Positions 9,090 through 18,188 of a stretch of 64,000 nucleotides of DNA are shown here, in pieces. The stretch comes from an uncultured Candidatus Saccharibacteria bacterium (lineage in GTDB: Bacteria; Patescibacteriota; Minisyncoccia; Phycocordibacterales; UBA918). The DNA lies in NCBI GenBank assembly GCA_964350645.1, contig CAYGJY010000002.1, positions 161,538 through 225,537 of the forward strand, read 5' to 3'. Numbering within the stretch: position 1 is the stretch's first letter; the number at the start of each line of letters is the position of its first letter. The position numbers were made by a program, and so were the translations under genes. Below the pieces are notes generated by a model, which ran no database searches, had not been told where the DNA came from, and worked only from the letters and a program-made list of their open reading frames with translations.

Positions 9090-9833
9090 CTAATACTCCC
9101 CAAACCGATACTCCACCTTCTCATCATCTTCTAGCCTGCCGGTGAACAACGTCTTAATAATCACCACTGGACTCATAAAAATCCAGGAATACCCGTACTT
9201 CAAAAAACGGCGAGCTGAGGTCAGTACTTTTATATTAATTAGTTTGTACGGTCCAAGCTTAGCAGCTTTAAAGGCGTAATCGACATCTTCGCTAATACGA
9301 AGTGATTCATCGTAGCCGCCAATGGTTTCAAACACGTCTCTACGAGTGATTTGGAAGGCGCCACCAAAGTATGGCTTACCAATCAACAGCAGCAGTTGCA
9401 GGGCAACGTGAGCAACGTAATAGAGTAGGATCTTTTCTACCAAACCACCGTCATACGGAGTAAGTTTACCAGTGGCGATAGTGTAATTGTGCTTCGTGAA
9501 CTCAGAAATAAAGTATTCAAAGTCTTTCTCGCTTGGAGCAATCACGTCAGCGTCACAAAAGAGTAGTATGTCGTGCGTAGCAGCTTTGGCACCAGTGTTA
9601 CGCTGCAGGGCAATACCTCGTTCTGTAAGCGGAATGATCTTCAGGGAATGATTTTCTTTCAGGTAGGCATGTGCTGCTTCAGCAACAACACGAGTGCGGT
9701 CAGTTGAGTTTCCGTCGACAACGATAATTTCTAGGTCAGCTGTGTGGGTACTTAGTGAATGTAATAGGAGAGGTAAGTAGTGTTCTTCATTAAGGGTAGG
9801 AATAATAATGCTGATCCGGGGTGGCGTTGCCAT
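9090..9833 (-). CDS. Family 2 glycosyltransferase
   Basis: ISIIIPTLNEE...IIVVDGNSTDRT, with a D-x-D-like region. Confidence 0.8.
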   Translation of the reverse strand: MATPPRISIIIPTLNEEHYLPLLLHSLSTHTADLEIIVVDGNSTDRTRVVAEAAHAYLKENHSLKIIPLTERGIALQRNTGAKAATHDILLFCDADVIAPSEKDFEYFISEFTKHNYTIATGKLTPYDGGLVEKILLYYVAHVALQLLLLIGKPYFGGAFQITRRDVFETIGGYDESLRISEDVDYAFKAAKLGPYKLINIKVLTSARRFLKYGYSWIFMSPVVIIKTLFTGRLEDDEKVEYRFGEY

Positions 9834-9888
9834 ACTAGAATAGTGTACCTCATTGGCCCGCCATCTATTTATTGCTACACTCAGATCA

Positions 9889-10506
9889 ATGTTTGAGATC
9901 ACTCTGGGTAACGTATTTCTTTTTTCGCTTTTTGTGTTGGCGGTATTTTATAGTGCCCCCTGTCTATCTGCACGTCGGTTTGTCGTACCGCATGTTCCGA
10001 CACTGCTCACCTATGTCAGCCTCTTTTCACTTTTTGGGGTAATTGGGGAGGAGTTTGTGAATACTGCATATGAGTATTTTTTAGGGTCACCCTTGTGGGA
10101 GTACCGTCTTTATCCAGCTCATGATGGAAATATTACCTACTGGTTTTTGTTTATCTGGGGAGCTCTTGGATTTTATTCGTATTTTCGGGATACTGTTTTT
10201 TTAGCTGGGAAACACGTGAGTCATTTCTTGGCAGCAGTTATTTTAGGGGTAGAAGCGATTGCGATTGAATTGTTTTTTAATGTGACCTACTTTTGGGTAT
10301 TCAATGATTACATTTTTTATTATTTCCCAGCAAACTTAGGACCGCTGTCGCACTTTTCCTGCCTGCAAGTGATTCCTTTCTATATGATTGTTGGTTTTGT
10401 GATTAGTATATTAATTGCACAGCACCGCAAGCTGCACTTTAGTCGGGGGTCATATATCGTCCTCAGTTTTTACTGGTTTATTACGCTGACATTTGTCTAT
10501 TTGTAA
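9889..10506 (+). CDS. Polytopic membrane protein of unknown function, divergent from the GT2 gene
   Basis: Multiple hydrophobic helices; Trp/Tyr/Phe-rich. Confidence 0.4.
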   Translation: MFEITLGNVFLFSLFVLAVFYSAPCLSARRFVVPHVPTLLTYVSLFSLFGVIGEEFVNTAYEYFLGSPLWEYRLYPAHDGNITYWFLFIWGALGFYSYFRDTVFLAGKHVSHFLAAVILGVEAIAIELFFNVTYFWVFNDYIFYYFPANLGPLSHFSCLQVIPFYMIVGFVISILIAQHRKLHFSRGSYIVLSFYWFITLTFVYL

Positions 10507-10523
10507 GTTTATCGGCATAAAAC

Positions 10524-10558
10524 AAAACAGCGCCGGCTGGGCGCTGTTTTGCTTTTTG
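10524..10558 (+). terminator. Rho-independent terminator
   Basis: cagcgcc ggctg ggcgctg followed by ttttgcttttt. Confidence 0.6.
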
Positions 10559-10661
10559 TGATGGGAAATAGCGTAGATTTACTCTCTGTATTTCCACATA
10601 GCGTAATACCTCCGCTACCCTCACAGTATATCATGAGCTTTTTGAAAGTAGCTGTGGATTA

Positions 10662-10702
10662 TATACAAAAAGGCCGGCGCTTTGCGCCGGCCTTTTTGTA
10701 TA
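10662..10702. terminator. 41-nt perfect palindromic bidirectional terminator (CCGGCGC-core family)
   Basis: tatacaaaaaggccggcgc ttt gcgccggcctttttgtata. Confidence 0.65.
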
Positions 10703-10714
10703 CCGAGTGGAGAT

Positions 10715-10987
10715 TTATTTAACGGCGTCCTTGAGTGCCTTAGCAGCTCGGAACTTTGGCACGCGCATTGCTGGTACTTCAATTGGCTCACCAGTGCGAG
10801 GGTTTCGCGCAGTTCGAGCGTTTCGCATTTTAGCTGAGAAAATACCGAGGCCTGCGATTGAGACTTCGTTACCGTCTTTGAGTGTATTTACGATACAACC
10901 CATCATAATTTCAACTGCTCGCTCTGCGTCAGCCTTAGTGATTCCAAGGTCTTCGTGCACTTTGTTGATGATATCTGCCTTATTCAT
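10715..10987 (-). CDS. hup: HU family DNA-binding protein
   Basis: MNKADIINKV...GLGIFSAK...RNPRTGEPIEVPA, the classic HU/IHF signature. Confidence 0.85.
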   Translation of the reverse strand: MNKADIINKVHEDLGITKADAERAVEIMMGCIVNTLKDGNEVSIAGLGIFSAKMRNARTARNPRTGEPIEVPAMRVPKFRAAKALKDAVK

Positions 10988-11169
10988 ATGATCTGAATAG
11001 TTATTGTTTAATGGCGTGTAATGTGTGCCGCTAGGACACAGCCCGTAATAAATGGCTAAGAACATTATATATCAAGGTTTTGGTGTCGCAACGTCTTGTA
11101 AAGTGTTTTTTGTGTGTTGTGGTTTTAAGCCGTTTTTTAAAGACCTGGCACTGTGTTACTATTGCGCAC

Positions 11170-11736
11170 ATGAAAATTGGCGTCATGGGGGCACACGGTA
11201 GTTTTTCGGAACAGGCCGGTGAGTTATATAAAGTAAACAAAGGTTTAATTGATGCTGACGTTTTACCACTAATTTCTGCTGAGACAGTACTTACTGAACT
11301 AGAAGCAGGGAATATTGAGTACGGTATTTTTCCGATTGAGAACAGTACTGGCGGGATCGTGATTGAGGCGGTCTACGCGATGGCTGGTCATCGGTTTTTA
11401 CTTCAAGAAATGTTTGGTCTTGATATTCATCATATGCTGCTGGTAAAACGTGGCATGACTACTGCACATATCACTAGAATCACTTCGCACGATCAAGCGC
11501 TGAAGCAGTGTAAAGGGTACTTGAGTCGAGTGTGGCCTGAGGCTGAGGTGGTTGAATTTAAAGATACAGCCGCTGCAGCCGCTGCTCTTCAGGCTGGTGA
11601 GCTGCCAGACACAACCGCAGTGATTGCGCCACGTCAGTGTGCAAAGTTGTATGATCTTGATATCCTTGAAGAATCGATTCAAGATTCAAAAAATAATGTC
11701 ACCACGTTTGTAGTGGCAACTAAGATGGCTGACTAG
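11170..11736 (+). CDS. pheA: Prephenate dehydratase catalytic domain protein, with no ACT domain
   Basis: PDT motifs IENSTGG and NNVTTFVV (TRF-like); about 189 aa. Confidence 0.65.
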   Translation: MKIGVMGAHGSFSEQAGELYKVNKGLIDADVLPLISAETVLTELEAGNIEYGIFPIENSTGGIVIEAVYAMAGHRFLLQEMFGLDIHHMLLVKRGMTTAHITRITSHDQALKQCKGYLSRVWPEAEVVEFKDTAAAAAALQAGELPDTTAVIAPRQCAKLYDLDILEESIQDSKNNVTTFVVATKMAD

Positions 11737-11774
11737 AAAAGGCGAAACCGCGGGGAGAACGTGATGTGTCTGCA

Positions 11775-11951
11775 TCAGCGGTCCTCCTCGCGGCGCTTCT
11801 TGGCCATGTGGACCCGGCCGAAGGGGTCTATCATGGCTTCGGTCCAGAAACCGAACCAGATTCTGACTCCAGCTTCAAGAGCGATTGCATGAGCGTTTTT
11901 CAGGCGCTCCTGCATTGCCATATCGGCGGTCGTTAGATTAAACGGATCCAT
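11775..11951 (-). CDS. Small hypothetical protein (58 aa)
   Basis: Strong RBS aaaggaggtga 4 nt before ATG (MDPFNL...). Confidence 0.35.
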   Translation of the reverse strand: MDPFNLTTADMAMQERLKNAHAIALEAGVRIWFGFWTEAMIDPFGRVHMAKKRREEDR

Positions 11952-12060
11952 CGCATCACCTCCTTTCGGTTGTTGCAACGTAGTTTCACAATACGTTGAC
12001 TGTAAAAAAAGAAAAGGGGAGAGTTTGAATAATGATTATTTTGGTGGGGTGTCAAATTGA

Positions 12061-12106
12061 AAAGCGGCTGATTTCCCGAAGGGAAATCAGCCGCTTTTCT
12101 ATTTTT
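12061..12106. terminator. Bidirectional terminator downstream of rny
   Basis: agcggctgatttccc gaa gggaaatcagccgct flanked by A and T runs. Confidence 0.65.
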
Positions 12107-12117
12107 TGCAAGATAAT

Positions 12118-13647
12118 TTATCGAGCGTAGCTAACTACTCGCGTTTCACGAATGACATGAACTTTAATTTCACCTGGATAGCGCAACTGGGCTTCGATAC
12201 TCGTAGCAACTGTACGAGCAAGATCATGTGTTTGGAGTTCGTTGAGTGAATTTGGATTCACCAAGATTCGCACTTCGCGACCAGCAGCAATGGCAAAGAC
12301 TTTATCAACGCCAGGCAAGGCTGAGGCAATCGCTTCGAGTTCAGTGAGACGCTTGATGTAGTTTTCGATTGAATCACGTCGAGCGCCCGGTCGTGCACCA
12401 GATAGGGAGTCTGCGACTTGTACAATAATCGACTCTGGTGTTTCGTATGGGTATTCTTCATGATGGGCCCGCATCGCTAGGATAACTTTTTCGTCGACAT
12501 TGTATTTCTGTAAAATCCGAATACCAATCTCAACGTGTGTTCCCTGGACTTCGTGGCTGACCGTCTTCCCGATGTCATGTAAGAGTGCGCCAGCACGTGC
12601 TATCGCAACGTCGGCACCAACTTCCTCAGCGATGATCGCCGCGATGTGGGACATCTCAACTGAGTGCCAGAGCACATTCTGTCCATAGCTGGTGCGGAAG
12701 TGCAGGCGACCGAGGATGGTGATAAGATCGGGATGGAGGTTCGGGACGTTAGCTTCATAAGCCGCTTTCTCGCCCATTTTGCGGACGGTACCAGCAACTT
12801 CTTTGCGAGCTTCTTCCACCATCTCTTCGATTTTGGCTGGCTGGATGCGACCGTCTTTGAGTAGCATCTCCAGTGCAACCCGAGCGATCTCACGACGAAT
12901 CGGATCAAACGATGACAAAACAATATAGCCAGGAGTGTCATCGATCAGGACGTCAACTCCAGTGAGACGCTCAAAGGTCCGGACGTTACGGCCTTCTTTC
13001 CCGATGACTTTACCCTTGAGGTCTTCGCTCGGTAGTTCCACGCTGGCGGTCATAACGTTGGTTGGCATGGTGTTGCCGATGCGGTGGATGGCAGCGAGGA
13101 GAATGTTACGCGCTTTGTCTTCGAATTGTTCTTCGCCGAGCATCTCAAGTTTATGGAGGCGAAGCGTCAAATCTTCACCTCGATTTTCAGCGGCATTAGC
13201 GATAATACGTTCAAAAGCTTCGTCATGGGTAAGACCAGCAACTTCTTCGAGTTTCGCATCAAGTTCAGCTTTATGGTTGTCTAAGCGAGCTTTGATATCT
13301 TTCACTTCTTCGATCTTTGCTCGAACGGCTTCTTTTTCTGAATCAAGATTGATTTGGCGGTCATCCAAGAGCTCCTCTTTTTTATCAAGACGAGCTTCTT
13401 TGCTGTTTAATTTTTCTTCACGGTCTTTCGCAACAGTCTTGGCTTCGGTTTCGATGTGGTCAGCTTTTGCTTCGGCCTTTTCGACTATTTTTAACGCTTT
13501 TTCTTCGGCCTCAAGCACTTTTTCCTTGATATCAAGTTCAAGTGATGATTTCTGTGAGAGCGCGCGTAGGTAGCGTAAGTAGTATCCAGCAGCAATTCCA
13601 AATATGATTGCAGCTCCGATAACACCGAGTAGCATGAATGGCGGCAT
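12118..13647 (-). CDS. rny: Ribonuclease Y
   Basis: N-terminal TM, coiled coil, KH domain (GKEGRN) and HD domain (LLHDIGK), about 509 aa. Confidence 0.85.
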   Translation of the reverse strand: MPPFMLLGVIGAAIIFGIAAGYYLRYLRALSQKSSLELDIKEKVLEAEEKALKIVEKAEAKADHIETEAKTVAKDREEKLNSKEARLDKKEELLDDRQINLDSEKEAVRAKIEEVKDIKARLDNHKAELDAKLEEVAGLTHDEAFERIIANAAENRGEDLTLRLHKLEMLGEEQFEDKARNILLAAIHRIGNTMPTNVMTASVELPSEDLKGKVIGKEGRNVRTFERLTGVDVLIDDTPGYIVLSSFDPIRREIARVALEMLLKDGRIQPAKIEEMVEEARKEVAGTVRKMGEKAAYEANVPNLHPDLITILGRLHFRTSYGQNVLWHSVEMSHIAAIIAEEVGADVAIARAGALLHDIGKTVSHEVQGTHVEIGIRILQKYNVDEKVILAMRAHHEEYPYETPESIIVQVADSLSGARPGARRDSIENYIKRLTELEAIASALPGVDKVFAIAAGREVRILVNPNSLNELQTHDLARTVATSIEAQLRYPGEIKVHVIRETRVVSYAR

Positions 13648-13735
13648 AGTGTTCTGTATTACATTATTAAATCAATCATCCGGGTCAGACAGTCAGGTAG
13701 GCCTACGATAGCAAATGCCGGTCGGGTTGTCGATA

Positions 13736-13768
13736 AAGGGCCGGAAAAGCGAAGCTTTTCCGGCCCTT
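13736..13768. terminator. Terminator downstream of clpP
   Basis: aagggccggaaaagc gaa gcttttccggccctt. Confidence 0.6.
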
Positions 13769-13785
13769 TATCATCTGTATAGAAT

Positions 13786-14451
13786 TTACTTGTAAATTCT
13801 ATCAACGATCCCGTATTTCTTTGATTCTTCGGCGTCCATGAAGAAGTCGCGGTCAGTGTCGGTTGCAATCTGTTTAAGTGACTTACCAGTTGCCTTAGCA
13901 AGCATGCCATTGAGTCGGTCACGAGTCTTTAAAATATGTCGCGCGGTGATCTCGATATCACTCGCTTGTCCTTGGGCCCCGCCCCACGGCTGGTGAATCA
14001 TAACTTCAGCGTTTGGGAGAATCGCTCGTTTACCTTTCGCTCCTTGCGAGAGGATAATTGATCCCATAGAAGCCGCCATACCAACACACACGGTCGAAAT
14101 GTCTGGTTTGATATGGTTCATGGTGTCGACGATTGAAAGGCCGGCAGTTACACTTCCTCCTGGTGAGTTCACGTATAGGAAAATATCTTTCTTTGGGTCT
14201 TCTGCCTCAAGAAATAGTAGCTGCGCTACCACTAGGTTAGCCATGTGGTCTTCAATGCCCCCAGTTACAAAGACAATGCGTTCTTTCAGTAAGCGGGAAT
14301 AGATATCAAAGGCGCGCTCGCCTTGTTGGGTTTTTTCGATCACCATCGGGACAAGGAAGTCTTGGATGGCGCTGTTGGTATTATCTTTTCTTTCCATAAA
14401 TTTATTATCCTGTTTGTTTACAGAGTGTTTCATTAATTTAGTATCAGTCAT
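13786..14451 (-). CDS. clpP: ATP-dependent Clp protease proteolytic subunit
   Basis: [14 protein letters not shown]...GMAASMGS...MIHQP; conserved tig-clpP order. Confidence 0.9.
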   Translation of the reverse strand: MTDTKLMKHSVNKQDNKFMERKDNTNSAIQDFLVPMVIEKTQQGERAFDIYSRLLKERIVFVTGGIEDHMANLVVAQLLFLEAEDPKKDIFLYVNSPGGSVTAGLSIVDTMNHIKPDISTVCVGMAASMGSIILSQGAKGKRAILPNAEVMIHQPWGGAQGQASDIEITARHILKTRDRLNGMLAKATGKSLKQIATDTDRDFFMDAEESKKYGIVDRIYK

Positions 14452-14495
14452 TGTGCAGTATGCTTGCTATCGTAGCAAACTTTCACGTGGAAGGA

Positions 14496-14533
14496 AAACC
14501 GGCCGGAAAAGCGTAGCTTTTCCGGCCGGTTTT
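14496..14533. terminator. Terminator between tig and clpP
   Basis: aaaaccggccggaaaagc gta gcttttccggccggtttt. Confidence 0.6.
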
Positions 14534-14545
14534 CTACAGTGCGGT

Positions 14546-15721
14546 TTATTGTTCCTCAAGGAGTTTCATGACTGCCTCATTAGTCATGACTGACTCGACG
14601 TAGACACGTACGCGAGTCTGATCAGCGTCTTTGTACTGTTCCATGAGTTGATCAACTTGCATATCAACCTGGCCTTTGTCAGCTTCAGTGCCTTCGGCTT
14701 TAGCAATTTCGTTTAACACTAGTTGGAGTTTGGCACGCTTTTCAGCCGCGGGTGTCCATTCAGTCGTTAGTTCTTCTTTGGTTTTCTTAATGTGACCGAG
14801 GTAGTCATCCATCTTGAGATTAGCTCGTTTGAGGTCTTCACTCATTTGAGCAAACATTTGATTGATTTCCGAATCAATCAAGAGCTGTGGCAGCTCCATC
14901 TTGGTTTCATCGATAATGGTGTCAGTGAGTTTTGCTCGATGCGCAGCGACAATTTCTTGTTTCTTTTGGATTTCGAGGTGCTCACGTAGTTTGGTTTTGA
15001 AGTCAGCGACAGTTTCAAATTGACCAGGTTCTCCAAGAGTTTTGACGTATTCATCAGTTAACTCTGGGAGTTCGTCGTCACTCACTGCTTTGACATCAGG
15101 GACTTCGTCGTGCGCCGGCCCGTCGTGGACGGTGCCGTCAGCGTGGGTGTGCGTTTCAGCTGCATCTGGAGTTGGTAATGTAGTCGCGCCGTCAAGATCC
15201 TTCGGAGCAGCTGCTTTTTTTTGCAGTCGTTCATAAGCGACTTTCTGACGAATGATATCTTTCGCTTGTTCCTCAACTTCCTCATCAGTTACGTCATCGG
15301 ACGCCTTGTCCTGGTTTACTTTAGCGGCGAGTTCTTTATAGTCAGGAAGGGTGATTTCTGGTAATACAGGAGCAGTCGCAGTAAAGCCAAGCGGGTTGTT
15401 TGGAGCAATTTTTGTAATTTGAATTTCTGGATGGCCGATTACTTCTAAGTTGTGAGCTTTGACTACTTCTGGGTACACACGAGCGAGGGCGCGTTCAGCC
15501 ATTTCGGTAAGAATAGTAATTTCACCAATTTTTTCGATCAACACTTTTTCGGGGACATGACCTTTACGGAAGCCATCGATCTCTATATTGGCACCAAGAC
15601 GTTTAATTGCTTTAGTGCGCTCTTTTTCTAGTTCAGCAAACGGGATTTCTCCAGTAATTTTTATTTGTGAGCCAGCTTCTTTAGTAATGGTAAAGTCAGT
15701 TTTAAAGTCCATAGATATCAA
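14546..15721 (-). CDS. tig: Trigger factor
   Basis: N-terminal ribosome-binding region GFRKGHVP (FRK signature); PPIase and C-terminal arms. Confidence 0.85.
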   Translation of the reverse strand: MISMDFKTDFTITKEAGSQIKITGEIPFAELEKERTKAIKRLGANIEIDGFRKGHVPEKVLIEKIGEITILTEMAERALARVYPEVVKAHNLEVIGHPEIQITKIAPNNPLGFTATAPVLPEITLPDYKELAAKVNQDKASDDVTDEEVEEQAKDIIRQKVAYERLQKKAAAPKDLDGATTLPTPDAAETHTHADGTVHDGPAHDEVPDVKAVSDDELPELTDEYVKTLGEPGQFETVADFKTKLREHLEIQKKQEIVAAHRAKLTDTIIDETKMELPQLLIDSEINQMFAQMSEDLKRANLKMDDYLGHIKKTKEELTTEWTPAAEKRAKLQLVLNEIAKAEGTEADKGQVDMQVDQLMEQYKDADQTRVRVYVESVMTNEAVMKLLEEQ

Positions 15722-15775
15722 GTTAGTTTTTAGATGTCGGGCTAGTGTACCGATTTGGGATAGAAATGCAAATGA

Positions 15776-15809
15776 AAAACGGCCGGGAGCGAAGCTCCCG
15801 GCCGTTTTT
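15776..15809. terminator. Terminator
   Basis: aaaacggccgggagc gaa gctcccggccgtttt. Confidence 0.6.
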
Positions 15810-15819
15810 CGTACTATGG

Positions 15820-16254
15820 TTAAAACTCAGCTTCTAAGGCTGCCTCAAGCTCAGCATCAATTGCCTCAAGCTCAGCATCAAGTGTTTCCATATTAGTGCT
15901 CTCAAGATCAGCTTCTATCGCATCAATTTCGTCTGATGTGCTGACAGCCGTGGCTGTTTCCACATCTGCTTCAGCGTTGGTGGATTCTGGTTCATTGTTT
16001 TCGGCGGCTGTTGGTCGTTCAATCGCTGGAGTTGGTGCAGGCATATTTTGTAACGTTGTACCCCAGAGGTAGAGACCGCCTAAAATCAACACCAGCACTA
16101 CAATTAGTGCTACCAGGATAGCCCCAACTACCGATGACTTTTCTTCGACTGGTGCTGTACCGAACGTCTGTTCAGGCATTTTCATTTCATCAGCAGTAAT
16201 TTCTGGCGTCGGTGCTGTAGCTGGTGGTGTAGTGTTTGTTTCTTCGTTAGACAT
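15820..16254 (-). CDS. Single-pass membrane protein with an acidic repetitive C-terminal tail ending -EAEF
   Basis: One TM (VVGAILVALIVVLVLILGGLYLW); DAELEAIDAELEAALEAEF repeat tail. Confidence 0.45.
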   Translation of the reverse strand: MSNEETNTTPPATAPTPEITADEMKMPEQTFGTAPVEEKSSVVGAILVALIVVLVLILGGLYLWGTTLQNMPAPTPAIERPTAAENNEPESTNAEADVETATAVSTSDEIDAIEADLESTNMETLDAELEAIDAELEAALEAEF

Positions 16255-16281
16255 ATATAAGTAAGTGTAACATGGGTAAGT

Positions 16282-17040
16282 TTATTCGCTGGTCTCGTTT
16301 GTCCCAGTGGCAGTCTCTTGAGTAGTAGTGACAGCGCTGCTGACACCACGATCTAGATCGGTGTTTGCTACAGCTGTTTTAAGGCTGGCAACAGCAGCAC
16401 GTAGTGAGGTTTGGACAGTATTTAATTCAGTTCGAGCTGCTTGGAAAATAGCGCGAGCTGATTGCCAGGCCTCTCGTGGGTTTTCAGAACCAACTACAGT
16501 AGCGGTAGCGCTATCAAGAGTAGCTAAAATTCCGGCTGCTGCAGCTAAGCCAGCTTCAGCCTCCACTAAATGTGCATCAGCTTCTGCAGTGTCGACCCCG
16601 CGTTCAGCTAATTTTGCACTACGAGATTGGATGCGTTCAATAATCTGATCAAAGCGAACTAGGACAGCATCCATCCGGTTAGCCATATTGGCAGAAAGAT
16701 TAGTGATTCTCTCTTGGGCTCGGGCAGACAGTGCTGCTTGACGCTCAATTCGTTGCTCTTGACGTTGTTCTTGCTGGGCTGCTCGCGCGTCGCTAGTTGA
16801 AGCTCGGACTTCAGCTCGATTTTCACGCAATTCGGCTCGTTCAGCTTGGGCAGCTTCCATCTGCTCTGTTCGTTCAGTTCGAGCGGCAGCTTGCGCTTCG
16901 CGCTGTTCTTCCATTACGGCTCGCTGGTCAGGAGTTTCGGCTGGATCAGTTTCCTGGGCGTTGGCAACAAACGCAAGACATGAAATAGCTAACAAAATTA
17001 ATAAACTAATACATGAATACGATACTTTTAAGCTCTTCAT
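16282..17040 (-). CDS. Secreted Ala/Glu/Arg/Gln-rich coiled-coil protein
   Basis: Signal peptide MKSLKVSYSCISLLILLAISCLAFVANA; long low-complexity helical region. Confidence 0.5.
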   Translation of the reverse strand: MKSLKVSYSCISLLILLAISCLAFVANAQETDPAETPDQRAVMEEQREAQAAARTERTEQMEAAQAERAELRENRAEVRASTSDARAAQQEQRQEQRIERQAALSARAQERITNLSANMANRMDAVLVRFDQIIERIQSRSAKLAERGVDTAEADAHLVEAEAGLAAAAGILATLDSATATVVGSENPREAWQSARAIFQAARTELNTVQTSLRAAVASLKTAVANTDLDRGVSSAVTTTQETATGTNETSE

Positions 17041-17104
17041 AAGACAATGATGTTAAATAAAAATTTCCCAACTAAGCTCGAGTGAGTCAGTTTCTATAAG
17101 TATA

Positions 17105-17133
17105 GCGGGGCGGCACCGTTGGTGCCGCCCCGC
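17105..17133. terminator. GC hairpin downstream of ppaC
   Basis: gcggggcggcacc gtt ggtgccgccccgc. Confidence 0.5.
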
Positions 17134-17156
17134 TTATACACATGTGACTCAAATGA

Positions 17157-18077
17157 TTAGCGCTTTAGCACCGGAATGATTTGCTTCTTGCGTGAAACTA
17201 TTCCTGGCAATATTTCAGTGTCACTTTCAACGGTGACGCCAAAAGATTTTTCGACTACTTCCTTGGTGAGGTCATTGTAGGTGAGCACTGTTGCTTCTTC
17301 TTTTAATATATCAATTATAAAGAAGAGGACGTCATCTACGTCACTTTCTTCCGCAACACAGTCAGCAATTGCTTTGGTTAGTCCATCTTTTCGCTCTAAT
17401 ATAATTGCTGGCGTCGTCGTTTCAAGTACTGAAACCCGAAAGTTTTTGTCACCCACTTCGTACTTTTTACTATCAAGTTTGATCAGGCCGCTGTCGGTGT
17501 AACTTGAGACATCTGACTTGGCCGCAAACATCGCTGTTGCGAATTCAGTAATGTCTACGTCGATCATGGCCGCTAGTTTTTCGGCGACATCTTTGTCGTG
17601 TGGGGTGGTGGTTGGGCTACGGAATTCTAGCGTGTCAGACAAGATGCAAGCCAGCATCAGGCCAGCCATGTCTTTTGGTAGTTCAGCCACAGTCTCGCCC
17701 ATCAGGTCGTACATAACTGTCGCGGTGCAGGCGAGGGGTCGGATGGTGATGTCGGCTGGAGCGTCAGTTTCAAGGCCGGCGACGAGTTTGTGGTGATCGA
17801 TTAGTTGAAGCAGGGTTGCGTTACCAATTGTATCGGGAAGCTCTTGGGGATTGTTGGTGTCAACTACCATTACTTCGTCACCCTCGGCAAGACCTTCGAG
17901 CAATGCAGGTGTCGGAACGTCAAACTGACTTAGAACAAAGCTGGTTTCGGTATTGAGATCGCCAAGGATGTACGGTGTGGCGTTTTTGCCGGTGTGTGTA
18001 CTGACGTACCACGCCCACACAATGGCGGAGCAAACAGTGTCGGTGTCGGGTGAAAGGTGTCCAAAAACTTTGATCAT
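17157..18077 (-). CDS. ppaC: Manganese-dependent inorganic pyrophosphatase (family II, DHH)
   Basis: GHxxPDTDTVCSAI, DHH motif (DHHKL), C-terminal GIVSRKKQIIPVL. Confidence 0.8.
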   Translation of the reverse strand: MIKVFGHLSPDTDTVCSAIVWAWYVSTHTGKNATPYILGDLNTETSFVLSQFDVPTPALLEGLAEGDEVMVVDTNNPQELPDTIGNATLLQLIDHHKLVAGLETDAPADITIRPLACTATVMYDLMGETVAELPKDMAGLMLACILSDTLEFRSPTTTPHDKDVAEKLAAMIDVDITEFATAMFAAKSDVSSYTDSGLIKLDSKKYEVGDKNFRVSVLETTTPAIILERKDGLTKAIADCVAEESDVDDVLFFIIDILKEEATVLTYNDLTKEVVEKSFGVTVESDTEILPGIVSRKKQIIPVLKR

Positions 18078-18141
18078 AGATTAGAAATTAAGCGGTAATG
18101 TCGGTTAGTGTAGATCATTGCGTCAAGGCTCGCAAGAGACG

Positions 18142-18178
18142 AAAAACCGCACGACCCCTTTGGGGTCGTGCGGTTTTT
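18142..18178. terminator. Terminator downstream of nusA
   Basis: aaaaaccgcacgacccc ttt ggggtcgtgcggttttt. Confidence 0.65.
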
Positions 18179-18188
18179 CGCTTGTGAC

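Noticed and set aside
12935-13573. 212-aa plus-strand Ser-rich ORF
   Set aside because: Lies entirely antisense to the well-supported RNase Y gene; low-complexity Ser/Arg composition.
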